Source: a virus. From it: a stretch of 64,000 nucleotides of DNA. The stretch spans positions 1 to 64,000 of the IMG/VR virus record IMGVR_UViG_3300045988_136686; one strand, 5' to 3'. How positions within the stretch are numbered: position 1 is the stretch's first letter; every line of letters begins with the position of its first letter. Shown piece after piece: positions 33,740 to 41,660 of the stretch. The notes below the pieces were generated by a model, which did not search any database, was not told where the DNA came from, and saw only the letters and a program-made list of their open reading frames with translations. The translations under genes and the position numbers were made by a program.

Positions 33740-34839
33740 GATTTGTCCGTGAACAGTTTTCGGAATATGTGGAAAAGGACATCTACGACGATACTGTTAC
33801 CTGCCATCACATATTGCCTGCTGTCGCTTATTCCCGCATTTTGAATCTTGTTTATATCCGATTCGCTGACACCCATTAACCGGAAACATTCTCTCGGTGT
33901 CAGCCTTCTTATCTTTTCCAGACACAGAAAGTTATTTTCCTGCCACGAGTTGCTTGTTATCGCAGGGCATATCGTGTATGTCCCTCCTTTGTTGAATCCT
34001 CTGCTGCGTTGTATTATCTCGGGTTCCGAATATTCCCCCACGATTATCGAATTGTCGGTCGGACTTAATGCTCCGTTAGCTCTCAGACAATTGGCTGTGC
34101 CATCACTTGTTTTAGGCAACCATAAAAAGCCTGTTCCTTTTTTTACGTGAGCGATGTTGTGTCTTATGAAACCTTTTATCATTTTCTCGCTCAAAAAATA
34201 CTTTTCGTCCACGTCGCATTCGAGAATGTCCCTCAATCTCTTTTCAATGGGTAAGGGTTCCGGGAAATAATACGATTCCGAGTCTCGTATCGAAATCATG
34301 AATACTCTTTCCCTGTTATGGGGAATGCCGTAGTCTTTCGCATTCAGAACCTTCGTATGGTTCGTGTACCCTAATTGGGAAAGGTATTGTTCCCATGCCG
34401 ATAAAAAACACTTGTATTTCCTTCCGGTAAGGGACTTTACATTTTCCATGAGCAGGTATTTCGGCATCTTGGTCTCTATCGCTTTCTCGCATTCCCATAA
34501 CAGGCTGCTGCGTGTCCCGCTGCCTTTCTCCAATCCCGCCTGCTTTCCGGCCGTTGAAATGTCCGTGCAGGGGAAAGAATATGTGAACAGGTCGAAGTCG
34601 GGAACTTTTGCCCAGTCTATATGGCATATATCCCCGAAGTTCCTGTCTCGGTATTGAGGATATACGGCATTATGGGCTTGTATGGCGTACTTGTCGATTT
34701 CCGACCAGCCGACCAGATCGTAACCGATTCCGAGCCGGTCGAGTGCCATGCACTGGCTGTCATATCCGCTGAATGCTGTAAAGACTTTTAATTGCATATC
34801 TTTCTCTTTTTGTTCGGCAGGCGGGACTCGAACCCGCAA
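33709..34839 (-). CDS. DNA cytosine-5 methyltransferase (true start probably MQLKVF at 34797)
   Basis: Motif I FTAFSGYDS, motif IV FPCTDIS, motif VI LMENVKSL, then RRLTPRECFRLMG and GNSIVV. Confidence 0.9.
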   Translation of the reverse strand: MRVRVPPAEQKEKDMQLKVFTAFSGYDSQCMALDRLGIGYDLVGWSEIDKYAIQAHNAVYPQYRDRNFGDICHIDWAKVPDFDLFTYSFPCTDISTAGKQAGLEKGSGTRSSLLWECEKAIETKMPKYLLMENVKSLTGRKYKCFLSAWEQYLSQLGYTNHTKVLNAKDYGIPHNRERVFMISIRDSESYYFPEPLPIEKRLRDILECDVDEKYFLSEKMIKGFIRHNIAHVKKGTGFLWLPKTSDGTANCLRANGALSPTDNSIIVGEYSEPEIIQRSRGFNKGGTYTICPAITSNSWQENNFLCLEKIRRLTPRECFRLMGVSESDINKIQNAGISDSRQYVMAGNSIVVDVLFHIFRKLFTDKSCESIQKKLF

Positions 34840-34897
34840 CTGTATATTCGCTCCTTATACTCGACTTATACCGCTCTCCCGTTTGAACCACTGCCGA
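34813..34897 (-). tRNA. 85-nt tRNA-like element with intact acceptor and T arms but no canonical anticodon arm
   Basis: TCGGCAG-TG-GTTC-AAACGGGA-GAGC-G-[GTATAAGTCGAGTATAAGGAGCGAATATACAGTT]-GCGGG-TTCGAGT-CCCGC-CTGCCGA-A. I could not fold the central 34 nt into a 5-bp stem with a 7-nt U33 loop. Confidence 0.4.
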
Positions 34898-35004
34898 TAC
34901 CACCTAAAACACTTATGGCTAATTTCTCCCCGCAGTTCCTTTCTCCGTATGGTGCTCGACCACGTACCCGGATCGGCTTGCGGGGAATGTCTCACATTAT
35001 GCTC

Positions 35005-35403
35005 CTATATCAGGTCTATGATTTTGGTTTTCACAATTCCGTCCAACCGCATATCGTTAAGGCCTTGTCTCTTGTGTTCTTGCATGAGGCGGTTGGCTTC
35101 GGTGATATCTTTGGCGCAAACGAGGTTGTAGTACTTCGTTTCCTTTTCATTGCCGTTGTCATCGATGAATATGTCTATCAACGTGGCTTTGTAGAAGGGC
35201 TTGCCTTCTTCCTTCTCGTTGACTATCTCGACGACATTCGAGCGGGTGATAGAGAATACATCGCAATTTCCGTTGTATTGTTCCAGTCCTTTGGCTTCGG
35301 CCTCGGCGAACAGTTCTACATCGGTGATGAAGTGTTCGATGACTTCTTTCATCTCTCCTTTGCTGTTCTCTTTTTCTACTTTCAGTTTGATTTCGTAAAA
35401 CAT
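35005..35403 (-). CDS. DUF4494-like protein
   Basis: MFYEIKLKVEKENSKGEMKEVIEHFITDVELFAEAEAKG resembles the DUF4494 N-terminus common in Bacteroidota. Confidence 0.5.
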   Translation of the reverse strand: MFYEIKLKVEKENSKGEMKEVIEHFITDVELFAEAEAKGLEQYNGNCDVFSITRSNVVEIVNEKEEGKPFYKATLIDIFIDDNGNEKETKYYNLVCAKDITEANRLMQEHKRQGLNDMRLDGIVKTKIIDLI

Positions 35404-35420
35404 AATGATTCGTATTTAAT

Positions 35421-35963
35421 CTATATTGATTTTAGCATAATGATTCCGATACTATCGCTGTCTTTGCTTTTAACGAGCAAAGATTTATTGCCTTCCGAAA
35501 GCTGCATATATGCGTACTCAAAATTGAATAGAGCTTTTTCGATCTTGGAGAAGAACGAAGGATCTATCCGTAACTTTGTGATTCCTTCTGTGCTCTCTTT
35601 TAGATGTTCTGAAATTACATTCTCCATTTCAGGGTATTTATAGACTTCGGAGAATGGGTATATAAATTTTTGATTGTCACACAATATACATTCAAACCCC
35701 ATGTCCGTAACTTGTACCATATCGTAAGAGAGGATAGACTTGTAGGCTTTTGAGCCTATAAACTTACCATCGAGCTTTTCTATTTCTTCATCGGTGAATG
35801 TGGAACATTCGGATAGATTGTTTTTTACCAAGATATGTGTATCGCATGCATAAGCGCAACCATCTTTAAAATGGATATATGAAAATACAGGTCTGAAATA
35901 GTCGTTTCTGCTGCATGCCAAGTCCATTCTTAGGCATCTGTTGAAATTATGTCTAGTCTTCAT
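35421..35963 (-). CDS. hypothetical protein
   Basis: 180-aa co-directional ORF. No motif. Confidence 0.5.
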   Translation of the reverse strand: MKTRHNFNRCLRMDLACSRNDYFRPVFSYIHFKDGCAYACDTHILVKNNLSECSTFTDEEIEKLDGKFIGSKAYKSILSYDMVQVTDMGFECILCDNQKFIYPFSEVYKYPEMENVISEHLKESTEGITKLRIDPSFFSKIEKALFNFEYAYMQLSEGNKSLLVKSKDSDSIGIIMLKSI

Positions 35964-36843
35964 CGCTTTTATTTTTATCGGTTAAAACTTCTTTTAACTT
36001 GGGATTCCCTGCCACATTCCTGCGGACATCACAGTCACTATCCTTTGCCAGCTCTGTGAGCACATCGACGGGAGTGTTGGAATTCCCTGCCACAAGACAG
36101 CGGATATACCAGTCTCTATCCTTTGCCAACTCCATGAGCACATCGACGGGAGTACTGGGGTTTTCTGCCACACTAACGCGGACATCATAGTCGCTATCCT
36201 TTGCCAGCTCTGTGAGCACATCGACGGGAGTGTTGGGATTCCTCGCCACAAGACAGCGGATATACCAGTCACTATCCTTTGCCAGCTCTGTGAGCACATC
36301 GACGGGAGTGTTGGAATTCCCTGCCACAAGACAGCGGATATACCAGTCTCTATCCTTTGCCAACTCCATGAGCACATCGACGGGAGTACTGGGGTTTTCT
36401 GCCACACTAACGCGGACATCATAGTCGCTATCCTTTGCCAGCTCTGTGAGCACATCGACGGGAGTGTTGGGATTCCTCGCCACAAGACAGCGGATATACC
36501 AGTCACTATCCTTTGCCAGCTCTGTGAGCACATCGACGGGAGTGTTGGAATTCCCTGCCACAAGACAGCGGATATACCAGTCTCTATCCTTTGCCAACTC
36601 CATGAGCACATCGACGGGAGTACTGGGGTTTTCTGCCACACTAACGCGGACATCATAGTCGCTATCCTTTGCCAGCTCTGTGAGCACATCGACGGGAGTG
36701 TTGGGATTCCTCGCCACAAGACAGCGGATATACCAGTCACTATCCTTTGCCAGCTCTGTGAGCACATCGACGGGAGTGTTGGAATTCCCTGCCACAAGAC
36801 AGCGGACAATATAGTCGCTATTTAAGATCTCATTTTTGTCCAT
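35953..36843 (-). CDS. LRV/HEAT-like repeat protein
   Basis: About eleven 26-aa repeats of the type RNPNTPVDVLTELAKDSDWYIRCLVA (leucine-rich-repeat-variant pattern). Confidence 0.6.
   Translation of the reverse strand: MDKNEILNSDYIVRCLVAGNSNTPVDVLTELAKDSDWYIRCLVARNPNTPVDVLTELAKDSDYDVRVSVAENPSTPVDVLMELAKDRDWYIRCLVAGNSNTPVDVLTELAKDSDWYIRCLVARNPNTPVDVLTELAKDSDYDVRVSVAENPSTPVDVLMELAKDRDWYIRCLVAGNSNTPVDVLTELAKDSDWYIRCLVARNPNTPVDVLTELAKDSDYDVRVSVAENPSTPVDVLMELAKDRDWYIRCLVAGNSNTPVDVLTELAKDSDCDVRRNVAGNPKLKEVLTDKNKSDED
36035..36805. repeat. perfect tandem repeat, 234-bp unit x ~3.3
   Basis: I compared units starting at 36061, 36295, 36529 and 36763. Units 36061..36294 and 36295..36528 are letter-for-letter identical. 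Each unit holds three diverged 78-bp sub-repeats. Confidence 0.9.
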
Positions 36844-36982
36844 TGTATTTCTTATTTAATTGTTTGACTTTATTTCTCATCAATCTTGCCAGCTCTTTAT
36901 GCCGGTAGTCGTCGGACTTTTCCAACGCTTTTGCCGATCTTTCCAGCAGGCTGACGATTGACTGTATTTCATAGTCTTTCAT
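36830..36982 (-). CDS. hypothetical 50-aa protein (below ORF-track cutoff)
   Basis: Own translation: MKDYEIQSIVSLLERSAKALEKSDDYRHKELARLMRNKVKQLNKKYNGQK. ATGA overlap with the YqaJ stop. Confidence 0.4.
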   Translation of the reverse strand: MKDYEIQSIVSLLERSAKALEKSDDYRHKELARLMRNKVKQLNKKYNGQK

Positions 36983-37701
36983 GAATTGATTATTTCATTG
37001 ACTAATTCATCGGCTTCGCATATCCTTTCGGCTATCTTCTTGAAGATGTTATCATCTGGATATATCCGTCTGATAAACATGGAGGGCTTCTCGAACGGGT
37101 TATATACGATGAAATCGCACCAATCGGCTTCAACGCACATGAGTTCGGACATGATTTGGTAATAGTACTTAGGCTCCGTGGACAGGAGGGTATCGTTATC
37201 CTTTATCTTGTGGAAGTATTTGGCATATGTGGCCGTTCCCACGCTTTTTATCTCGATTATCCCTTTCTCCCGCTTATTCTCATCGTAATAATATCCGTCG
37301 GGGCTGGCTGCGAAATGGGCAATGGTGGGGTGTTTGCATAGTCCTACCTCGACGACACGGCGACCTGTTTTAAGTTCGTATATGCGCCGGGCATCGGGCT
37401 CGTTCTCCGTTCCCCATCGCATTTGCTTGGTCGATATGTCGGTCTGGGTGATATAGTCGGAGAAAAAACCATCGTCGTTTATCATAGCCGGGTTGAGCAT
37501 GCGCTCTCCCGCTACTTGGTAAATATAGTTCATGGCGCATTCTCCGACCCCGTTGCCGCTTCGGTTCGCTTTCATCAGGTCGCCTATGCGGCTGCCCGTG
37601 AAACAACCGAGGCGTTTCCTGTACCATTCAAGAGTCCTTTGTGCTTCCATCGTCGAACAGTGTCTGTTTAGTTCCTTCCTGATTGATTCCCTCTTTGACA
37701 C
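36979..37701 (-). CDS. YqaJ-like (lambda-exonuclease-type) recombination exonuclease
   Basis: EWYRKRLGCFTGSRIGDLM, ASPDGYYYD and GIIEIKSV (PD-(D/E)xK). Confidence 0.75.
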   Translation of the reverse strand: MSKRESIRKELNRHCSTMEAQRTLEWYRKRLGCFTGSRIGDLMKANRSGNGVGECAMNYIYQVAGERMLNPAMINDDGFFSDYITQTDISTKQMRWGTENEPDARRIYELKTGRRVVEVGLCKHPTIAHFAASPDGYYYDENKREKGIIEIKSVGTATYAKYFHKIKDNDTLLSTEPKYYYQIMSELMCVEADWCDFIVYNPFEKPSMFIRRIYPDDNIFKKIAERICEADELVNEIINS

Positions 37702-38497
37702 CGGCTGCTTCTCCGGCTATATCTTTGAATTTGCTGCTTTTCGTGCCTCGGTATGGCTTCATAATCTCATCTACCGTCGTATCTCCATCTTTGAGGGATT
37801 GATGAATACCGGAAAGAAGGGCAATCTCATTGCTTCGTATCTGGGTGATAGTCTGCTTGCCGCACAATTTTATAATCTCCTCCTCGGTGATGTTGTACTC
37901 GTTCTTGAAGAATTCAATCCATTCTGCTTTTGCTTTTTTGAGTTTGTCGTCGTTTGACAGGTCTCCTGTTATAAAATTCTGCGCTGACCGATAGACTTTA
38001 TCCGTTATGCTCTTGGGTATGACCGAAAAAACAGCATTGCGGTAGGCTATTGCGTTGGCCGCATTGCCGGTTACGGTTATCATGTCGTCGGAATACCGTT
38101 TGCCGTACTTGTCGATTATGGACCGTCGAACCTCGAATGCGCTTGCCACATTCGTTTCCAAATCCCACGCCGTACCCCGACTTATAATTTGACGATCGGT
38201 GATTTGTACGACTTTGGCCTCTGTACGAATGTTCCCCCAATTCGATACGATTATCTTGGCTAGATGGACAGAAGGGCCGGTAATGGGTTTATTTCCCCGT
38301 GGAAGGGCATAACCGCAGGATTGAGCCGTCTCCTTGTCCATTGTCGCCATGACGATGGAGTTATCTATACTCCGCCTAATGTCTCTCGGATATTGCTTGG
38401 CCGTGGCTACTTGCGAATCTACATTTGCCCGTTCGAGGGCGTCTATTTGCATGACTTGTGGCTGTGCTTGAACCTGTAATACTTCGTACTCTGACAT
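37628..38497 (-). CDS. single-strand annealing protein (RecT/Red-beta-like) candidate
   Basis: 289 aa directly upstream of, and overlapping, the YqaJ exonuclease gene. The pairing is typical of exo+SSAP modules. No motif verified. Confidence 0.5.
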   Translation of the reverse strand: MSEYEVLQVQAQPQVMQIDALERANVDSQVATAKQYPRDIRRSIDNSIVMATMDKETAQSCGYALPRGNKPITGPSVHLAKIIVSNWGNIRTEAKVVQITDRQIISRGTAWDLETNVASAFEVRRSIIDKYGKRYSDDMITVTGNAANAIAYRNAVFSVIPKSITDKVYRSAQNFITGDLSNDDKLKKAKAEWIEFFKNEYNITEEEIIKLCGKQTITQIRSNEIALLSGIHQSLKDGDTTVDEIMKPYRGTKSSKFKDIAGEAAGVKEGINQEGTKQTLFDDGSTKDS

Positions 38498-38596
38498 ATT
38501 TTTTTGTTTAAAAGGTTATGTTTCTTTTTATACACCGCATATCCTCCCGGACGGGCGGTGAATATGCTTGATTTATATGGAATTATAGCTACTTAT

Positions 38597-38881
38597 TTAA
38601 TTCATGATTTTTAAAAGTTCATCTCTGGTAATACAGTTGCGTGTGCCGACTTTTTCAGGCTTGGCGTTAATTGCATTCAAACGCTTCAACAATTCTTTAT
38701 AAGAACACCCTAATAATTCTGTTGCCTTTCTAACCGGTACATAATCAGGCAAGAACACATCTCCATAGCCTTTCTTTATACCGGATATTGCATGGTTAAT
38801 TACATCTTCCAATTTTCCGAGCAGCATATTGTTTTCATCTCTCACTACCTTGATGATTGTATCTTCTATTCCCATATCCAT
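38597..38881 (-). CDS. small HTH protein (track ORF 38597..39058 trimmed to internal MDMGIED start)
   Basis: The trimmed start abuts the stop of the LuxR-type gene. VPVRKATELLGCSYKELLKRL looks like an HTH. Confidence 0.4.
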   Translation of the reverse strand: MDMGIEDTIIKVVRDENNMLLGKLEDVINHAISGIKKGYGDVFLPDYVPVRKATELLGCSYKELLKRLNAINAKPEKVGTRNCITRDELLKIMN

Positions 38882-39258
38882 TAATCTTTTAATCGTTTTT
38901 CCACTCTCATTGACGCTCTTCCTCTCGCATTCCTCAACCTGCACATATCGCCAGTGTCTCCGAATACCTGCACAACGATGAACAACAGGCTGAATAGGAT
39001 AGAAACCCCGAATTGTCGTATCTTTTTCAAATCGAAAGCCTTTCCCAAGTACCGGCAAATGACATACAGAGTCAATTCACTGCTGGTCGATATACCTAAT
39101 TTGAGGTATATGTTTTTCTTCTGCGTCTTGGTCGTCCATACAGACTTCCCCAGATTTTCGGCTACCTCTTTATCTTGAAGCCCCTTTGCATACTCCTTAG
39201 CGACTGCCCATTCTCCGGCAGTCAATATCAGCTCTTTCTCCATACCAATGTCCTCCAT
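38881..39258 (-). CDS. LuxR/GerE-type HTH protein with hydrophobic C-terminal segment
   Basis: AKGLQDKEVAENLGKSVWTTKTQKKNIYLKLGISTSSEL, then FGVSILFSLLFIVVQVF. Confidence 0.55.
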   Translation of the reverse strand: MEDIGMEKELILTAGEWAVAKEYAKGLQDKEVAENLGKSVWTTKTQKKNIYLKLGISTSSELTLYVICRYLGKAFDLKKIRQFGVSILFSLLFIVVQVFGDTGDMCRLRNARGRASMRVEKRLKD

Positions 39259-39503
39259 TCAGGCATTCCATCGTTCTCCACCGATACTTTACCAACTCCA
39301 TACTCATGAGAGTTTCCTAGCTGTTTCATGTAAGACTTCAACCGGCGATAAGCACTACATGTCTTAATATCATCATAGAAAGCATCTCCAACCTCCATAC
39401 GAATCATGTATTTACACTTTCCACGTACTCCTTTCGGCTTGGGTATTATCCGCTTTACATCGGCTATGCACCTGAATCCTACTTGTATTTTCATCGTTTC
39501 CAT
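39228..39503 (-). CDS. hypothetical protein
   Basis: 91-aa co-directional ORF. Confidence 0.4.
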   Translation of the reverse strand: METMKIQVGFRCIADVKRIIPKPKGVRGKCKYMIRMEVGDAFYDDIKTCSAYRRLKSYMKQLGNSHEYGVGKVSVENDGMPEWRTLVWRKS

Positions 39504-39584
39504 ATTCTTGTTTTTTATATAATAAAAGGAGCCGACCCTATTGTTTTTTTTAGGCTCTGGCTCCCTCCTCGTAACATTCCCGTG

Positions 39585-39752
39585 TTAGTTCGTTTTCTCG
39601 TCCTGTACACCCGACAAGGCAAATGTCGATAATGCAAAGAAAGCCATGCTTATAATGAGCTGTCCGATACTGGCATTGATGAATGCTGCTATTACTCCGA
39701 AAAAAGAGGCGAACATGAGCAGCAGGCAGATGGCTATAAATAATCTGTACAT
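39585..39752 (-). CDS. 55-aa two-TM membrane peptide (below ORF-track cutoff)
   Basis: Own translation: MYRLFIAICLLLMFASFFGVIAAFINASIGQLIISMAFFALSTFALSGVQDEKTN. Confidence 0.45.
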   Translation of the reverse strand: MYRLFIAICLLLMFASFFGVIAAFINASIGQLIISMAFFALSTFALSGVQDEKTN

Positions 39753-39761
39753 ATTCTTGTT

Positions 39762-40103
39762 TTATTCAAATTCAAAGCTGTCATTAAACTTGCACATTTC
39801 TATACCGTCCTCGTCGTACACCTCGACCTCGTATTTCACTTCGATGGATCCGTCTACATAATCGGGTGTGAAATAGTCGCCGTATGTAACCGTCGTACCA
39901 TCGTATGCATCGTATGTTACGTGTACGGGTAATATCTCATCGTCAACCTCTACGTCCAAATCGAGGTCTCCATACATCGATTTGTCCTCTCCTATCCGCT
40001 CGCTCACCACATATTCGAGTTGCTTCTCTACTTCTCGGCGAATCTTGTTGATTGTATAGTCGCTTATCGACAGGCTAACCATTTCATATTGCTCCGTTGT
40101 CAT
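39762..40103 (-). CDS. very acidic early protein (DNA-mimic candidate)
   Basis: My count is 31 D/E versus 8 K/R in 113 aa. It is the first gene of the leftward operon leaving the switch region. Confidence 0.5.
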   Translation of the reverse strand: MTTEQYEMVSLSISDYTINKIRREVEKQLEYVVSERIGEDKSMYGDLDLDVEVDDEILPVHVTYDAYDGTTVTYGDYFTPDYVDGSIEVKYEVEVYDEDGIEMCKFNDSFEFE

Positions 40104-40174
40104 AGCTTATATTAGGTATTGGTTTAATCTCTGTTTTTATTTATCTTTGTTCTGTTGTTGTGATACAAAAGTAA

Positions 40175-40207
40175 TACTATTTAGTATAAAATCAATACCA
40201 AATAGTA
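40175..40207. promoter_or_regulatory. two 12-bp dyad operator-like sites in the divergent switch region
   Basis: TACTATTTAGTA (40175..40186) and TACCAAATAGTA (40196..40207), 21 bp centre to centre, each followed by TAAAA. They lie between the divergent genes 39762..40103 (-) and 40241..40555 (+). Confidence 0.45.
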
Positions 40208-40240
40208 TAAAAATATATAGTGTTTAGAATTATTAACAAT

Positions 40241-40555
40241 ATGACTATTAACGAAAGATTCTCAGAAATTCTCAAAACGAAAAGAATTAGCGTCAAAGAA
40301 GCTGCCTCCATTATTGGGAAATCAGAAGTGTATATTAGGAAACTAATTCGTCCCGGAGAAAGTTTCGGTATAGAACCTGTTCTTTTAATCCTAAATAGTA
40401 TCGATGGAATAAACCCAGATTGGTTATTGAGAGGTAAGGGTGAAATGTTTTTAGATAATAACACCCCAGAGAATGCAGCCCCGATAACACAGGAACGCTT
40501 GTTTTCTGTCATCGAAAGCCAACAAAGGACAATCGAAAACCTTTCAAAAAAATAG
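40241..40555 (+). CDS. HTH regulator (repressor/Cro-like), paralogue 1
   Basis: MTINERFSEILKTKRISVKEAASIIGKSEVYIRKLI...NPDWLLRGKGEMF. The track start 40220 is GTG and ATG at 40241 is preferred. Confidence 0.6.
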   Translation: MTINERFSEILKTKRISVKEAASIIGKSEVYIRKLIRPGESFGIEPVLLILNSIDGINPDWLLRGKGEMFLDNNTPENAAPITQERLFSVIESQQRTIENLSKK

Positions 40556-41014
40556 TTTTCTATATTATATGAGCAATCTTCCAATAGTTCCCCTGCAACA
40601 GATGACTGTTTTCCAACCCGAATCCGACGGGCAGGGGAATATAGTATAATGGAAAGCTGTCTGAACTACTTTTGACAAAATTTGCCAATCCTTTTCTCTC
40701 TCCATTTTTTGTTCGTTTCTATTTTATTGAACTTGGTGAAGCGTGCCCGGTTGCCGAATTGCCGGATATTACTTACACGTCACGACTTCGTTACTTCACC
40801 CCGACCGATCGCAAGTCTCGGCGTTCCCGCTATTGCGACTCTCGGTGTTCGATTCCGTTATTCATTACGCCAATAAGCTAACTTTTATTAGGTATTTGTA
40901 TTTTTAATTTTATTTACTACCTTTGTTGTATTAACACAATACAAAGATACAGAATATTTCTGCAAAATATACAGATAAAACAGAAAATATTTGGATATTA
41001 TATATATTTAACAC

Positions 41015-41545
41015 ATGAACGCCGCACAAAGATTAGAAGCCATTCTGAATTACTATGGTATAAATGCTAAGTCATTATCTGAGAAATGTGGATATGGTAG
41101 GCCGCAAGGAATATACGATGTTCAAAATGGGAAAACAAAAGAAATTTCAACCACAATGGCAAACAAGATTTTATCTGTATTCCCTGAATTAAATAGAGTG
41201 TGGCTTCTCACAGGAGAGGGAAATATGATTAATGAAAGAAATAATTCAAGCATTATTGATAGCAACAATAACAATAGAGGAATTATACAAAATAGTCATG
41301 GAAATATCAATAATGGTAATATTTCCATATCTTTGCCGGAAAGAGGTCAGCAAAAAATTATTGATCCAGACGGAAGGGTCACAATAGAGAATACCAGTTC
41401 AGGCGCTCATGATTACCTGAACGAAATAAATAGACTTAACCAGAGGATACAAGACCTTGAAAGAATTATCAGCGGACATGAAGCTACAATAAAGTCGAAA
41501 GACGATTTAATATGTATATTGAGGAGCGCATTAGATAAGAAATGA
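41015..41545 (+). CDS. HTH regulator, paralogue 2, with Asn-rich linker and C-terminal coiled coil
   Basis: QRLEAILNYYGINAKSLSEKCGYGRPQGIYDVQNGK...LNRVWLLTGEGNMI shares the WLL-x-G-x-G-x-M signature with paralogue 1. Confidence 0.6.
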   Translation: MNAAQRLEAILNYYGINAKSLSEKCGYGRPQGIYDVQNGKTKEISTTMANKILSVFPELNRVWLLTGEGNMINERNNSSIIDSNNNNRGIIQNSHGNINNGNISISLPERGQQKIIDPDGRVTIENTSSGAHDYLNEINRLNQRIQDLERIISGHEATIKSKDDLICILRSALDKK

Positions 41546-41660
41546 TTTTTAAGTTTTATTGCTTCTAAATATAGCGAATATAACAATGATTCTTTATACT
41601 AAAAACTTAGTTTTACAACATAATTTATAAGCAGATTCATACCTTAAAATATCAAATCCT

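Noticed and set aside
36035-36805. Possible CRISPR array, because of regular repeats
   Set aside because: The repeats are contiguous (no spacers), 234 bp long and in frame within a coding sequence. No cas genes are present.
35994-36809. 271-aa alternative-frame minus ORF and three plus-strand 63-70-aa ORFs inside the LRV-repeat gene
   Set aside because: They simply inherit the periodicity of the 234-bp repeat. The LRV frame gives a recognisable repeat family, and the others give Ser/Thr/Cys-rich nonsense.
39527-39564. GGAGCC-26 nt-GGCTCC hairpin after the 55-aa membrane peptide, as a terminator
   Set aside because: The loop is very long and I could not find inner pairing. It is followed by TTTTATTAT on the minus strand, so it may work, but it is too weak to annotate.
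40780-40900. tRNA-like T-loop string GGTGTTCGATTCCGTT...ACGCCA in the spacer between the two HTH genes
   Set aside because: The 5 nt before TTCGATT (CGGTG) do not pair with CCGTT, and no 5' acceptor strand complementary to the 3' end exists within 100 nt. It is not a tRNA. It might be a remnant or part of a small RNA, which I mention under the switch finding.
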